From assembly GCA_964187785.1 (NCBI GenBank), contig OZ076410.1:22940001-23004000 (forward strand): a DNA stretch of 64,000 bases. The letters run 5' to 3'. The position numbers were made by a program, and so were the translations under genes. Under the pieces are notes generated by a model. The model saw nothing but the letters and a program-made list of their open reading frames with translations. It did not search any database and had not been told where the DNA came from. The stretch is from Amphiscolops sp. MND2022 (lineage: Eukaryota). Shown here piece by piece: positions 61,801 to 64,000 of the stretch; positions within the stretch are counted from its first letter, which is position 1, and every line of letters starts with the position of its first letter.

Positions 61801-63128
61801 TATCTATCGGGAACAACCTCCCGGCTCCATTCAGGAGGGGCATGAAGACAAAGTATGGAAATTGAAAATATGTGTGTATGGCCTTAAGTCGTGCATGGTA
61901 TAAACATTTAGCGGACTTTTTAACAAAAAAAAATAGAGAAATCTGAACAATATCCTTGTTCTTTGTCCGACGAATTGGTAAAAGAAATCAATATCTTTTA
62001 TCTTGGGTTGATGATATACTCATTTTTACTAATGAAGACAATGAAGCCTCAGAGATAAAGAGTTCAATCGGAAAATTTATGCAAATAGATGATCAAGGAG
62101 TTGTTAGTAACATTTTGGTCATGCAAATTCAAATGAAAGATGAAACAATTGCCATTTCTCACGAGGGTTATCTTTCCAAATTACTTGAAAAATGGAATAT
62201 GAGTGACTGAAAAGTAGCCAAAGACCCAATGTCGAACGTGCAATTCGATTAAAATTCAAAACCATTTTATGAAAATTTTTACAGAAAATTAATTGGTTCG
62301 TTGCTTTACTTGTCTGTATCAACACGACCTGATATAACTTTTGCCGTCAACAGATTAGCTCAATTCAATAATTGTCCGAAAGAAACACACTTTGTTGCCG
62401 CTGAAAGAGTTTTGCCTTACCTCAAAGGAACTATAAAATTCAGCTTGAAGTATTCAAAAGAAAGTTCTGACAATACCAATCTCCTCTGTTACTCAGATGC
62501 TGATTGGGACCTCAAAAGGATCGGAAATCAATTTCAGGAGTCCTAATTAAATTAAACGAAAATGATTCGCCAGTGATTGGGCGATCTTCAAAACAGTCCT
62601 TGATTTCACTTTTAACGCGTGAAGCTGAATACATAGCATTGACATTATTGATTCCAGAAATCAAATTTGTTCAGAATATTCTCACCAGTATTCAATTAAG
62701 TGTCGATAATATTTCAATTTACACAGATAGTCAGTCTGCAATGGCATTGATTCGAAATCCAATAATTTCCCAGAGATCAAAACATATCGACTTGAAATAT
62801 CATTTCTGCAGACAGTTTTTCGAGGATGGTTCTGCAGAACTTCTCTAAGTGGATACGAAATCAAACATAGCCGACGTGTTCACCAAAGTCTTGAATGGGA
62901 TAAAATTCAAACAATTCGTGTCAAAGTTGTCCTTTGCGTCATGAATTGAGGAGGGGTGTTGGAAGTCATTTCCCACCAAAACCAAATAAATAAAATTTCA
63001 TTCTGAAGTTGATTCTTCAATATTCTTATGTAATCTTTGACTCATAACCATTGTTGCAGTGAATTGGATACAATAAAATTATCTCCAATTGCTCAAATCT
63101 TCTGCTCTTCATGTATCGAATTATAAAA
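58839..63128 (+). mobile_element. Copia (Ty1) LTR retrotransposon, full-length and decayed
   Basis: 172-bp LTRs at 58839-59010 and 62957-63128 (about 18 mismatches by eye); PPT GAGGAGGGG; TSD approximately AAAAC; gag CANCGKTHHKTENC, protease LIDSGCTDHI, LWHSRFGH, integrase IHFDICGP, RT, RNase H YSDADW and YTDSQSA. Confidence 0.95.
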
Positions 63129-63656
63129 AAACTAATACCATTATTACTTTGATTTGGTACTCGAGTGTTAGAGACCGATGAAAGTCAAAGAACCATTGAA
63201 GGTCAAATAACTCAGACTATACCAGACTGACTTAATTTAGTTTAATAATGTTGTTTGTTTGTGAACCAGTACCTATTATTTTTATCTTCACTTGACTGAA
63301 TCACTTTCTCAACACACATCTCAAAAAAAAGTATTTACAAAAATTGATCTTCAGTAATTCGACAACCCATCCACGATCAGAAGGAGCTGATGTCCTAACA
63401 GTTTATGGACTCAGCAATTTGTCAAGTTTGTTTTTTTCATGTGTTTTTCTGTTTACTCTCACTATGCTCGTCTGATCTCGTTCTCAATTTTTGCACTTTG
63501 CGTATCGGATATCCACAATTTCTGCATTTTATGCCGTCCGTTATCGCCGTTTTGCTTCGAATATTTTTTTAGCTGACCTTCGTGGGAATTCCTGTTTTGC
63601 TGCCCCATTTTTGTTTCAGTTACTTCCTTCTGCCTGTTTCAGGCTTTTGCTGAGGG

Positions 63657-64000
63657 ATGGATCGACCTTTGCAGTATCTCGAGTTCTCTGGCAAAAAAGA
63701 AGACCTCGCTGTGTGGTAGGAGAAAATCGAGGGGTTCACGAAGAACCTGCTGAACGTGCTGAATGGAACAGATGCTGCTACGAATGAAAAGAAGATCGAA
63801 AATTGGGCGTACTTGGTACAGTGTCTCGACAGTCGCAGTATCCTGACGCTGACGAACGACTGCAAGGATGATGGTCCCAAGGCATGGCAACTACTGCGGG
63901 ACCACTTCAACAGCACCCAAACACCGAGGTTGATGAACATCTTGGAGAAGTTTTCAACCCTGCGATTCGAGTCAACGGAGAGCGAGGTTGACCACCTGAC
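63657..64000 (+). mobile_element. 5' end of a second Copia-type gag (runs off the window)
   Basis: MDRPLQYLEFSGKKEDLAVW*...AYLVQCLD...DDGPKAWQLLRDHF, same pattern as the gag at 59040-59400. Confidence 0.7.

Overview
This is eukaryotic (invertebrate-like), AT-rich, transposon-dense DNA. The one host gene I can support is an intron-rich TOG-array ciliary gene, TOGARAM1/Crescerin1 (FAM179B-like), on the minus strand. I traced 24 frame-compatible exons by hand from the ATG at 45843 down to 537 (4684 nt, about 1560 codons); the gene runs off the left edge inside its last TOG domain. Its introns hold a MULE transposase remnant, hAT derivatives, foldback MITEs, Helentron/HINE-like repeats and a nested stack: a hAT element (18950-26927) contains a BEL/Pao LTR retrotransposon (20658-26872), which contains a MITE. 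Upstream of the gene lie two convergent, decayed LINEs and two Copia elements. Headline observation: between integrase and the 3' LTR, the BEL/Pao element carries an antisense, decayed JmjC (Fe/2-oxoglutarate oxygenase, histone-demethylase fold) gene with the HxD...H triad still readable. This suggests a retrotransposon lineage with its own chromatin or hydroxylase enzyme. Second observation: the two diverged LINEs share an extra, separate 5' ORF (SGNH/GDSL-like, basic tail) ahead of a PHD-finger ORF1. All alignments were done by eye; no database searches were run.
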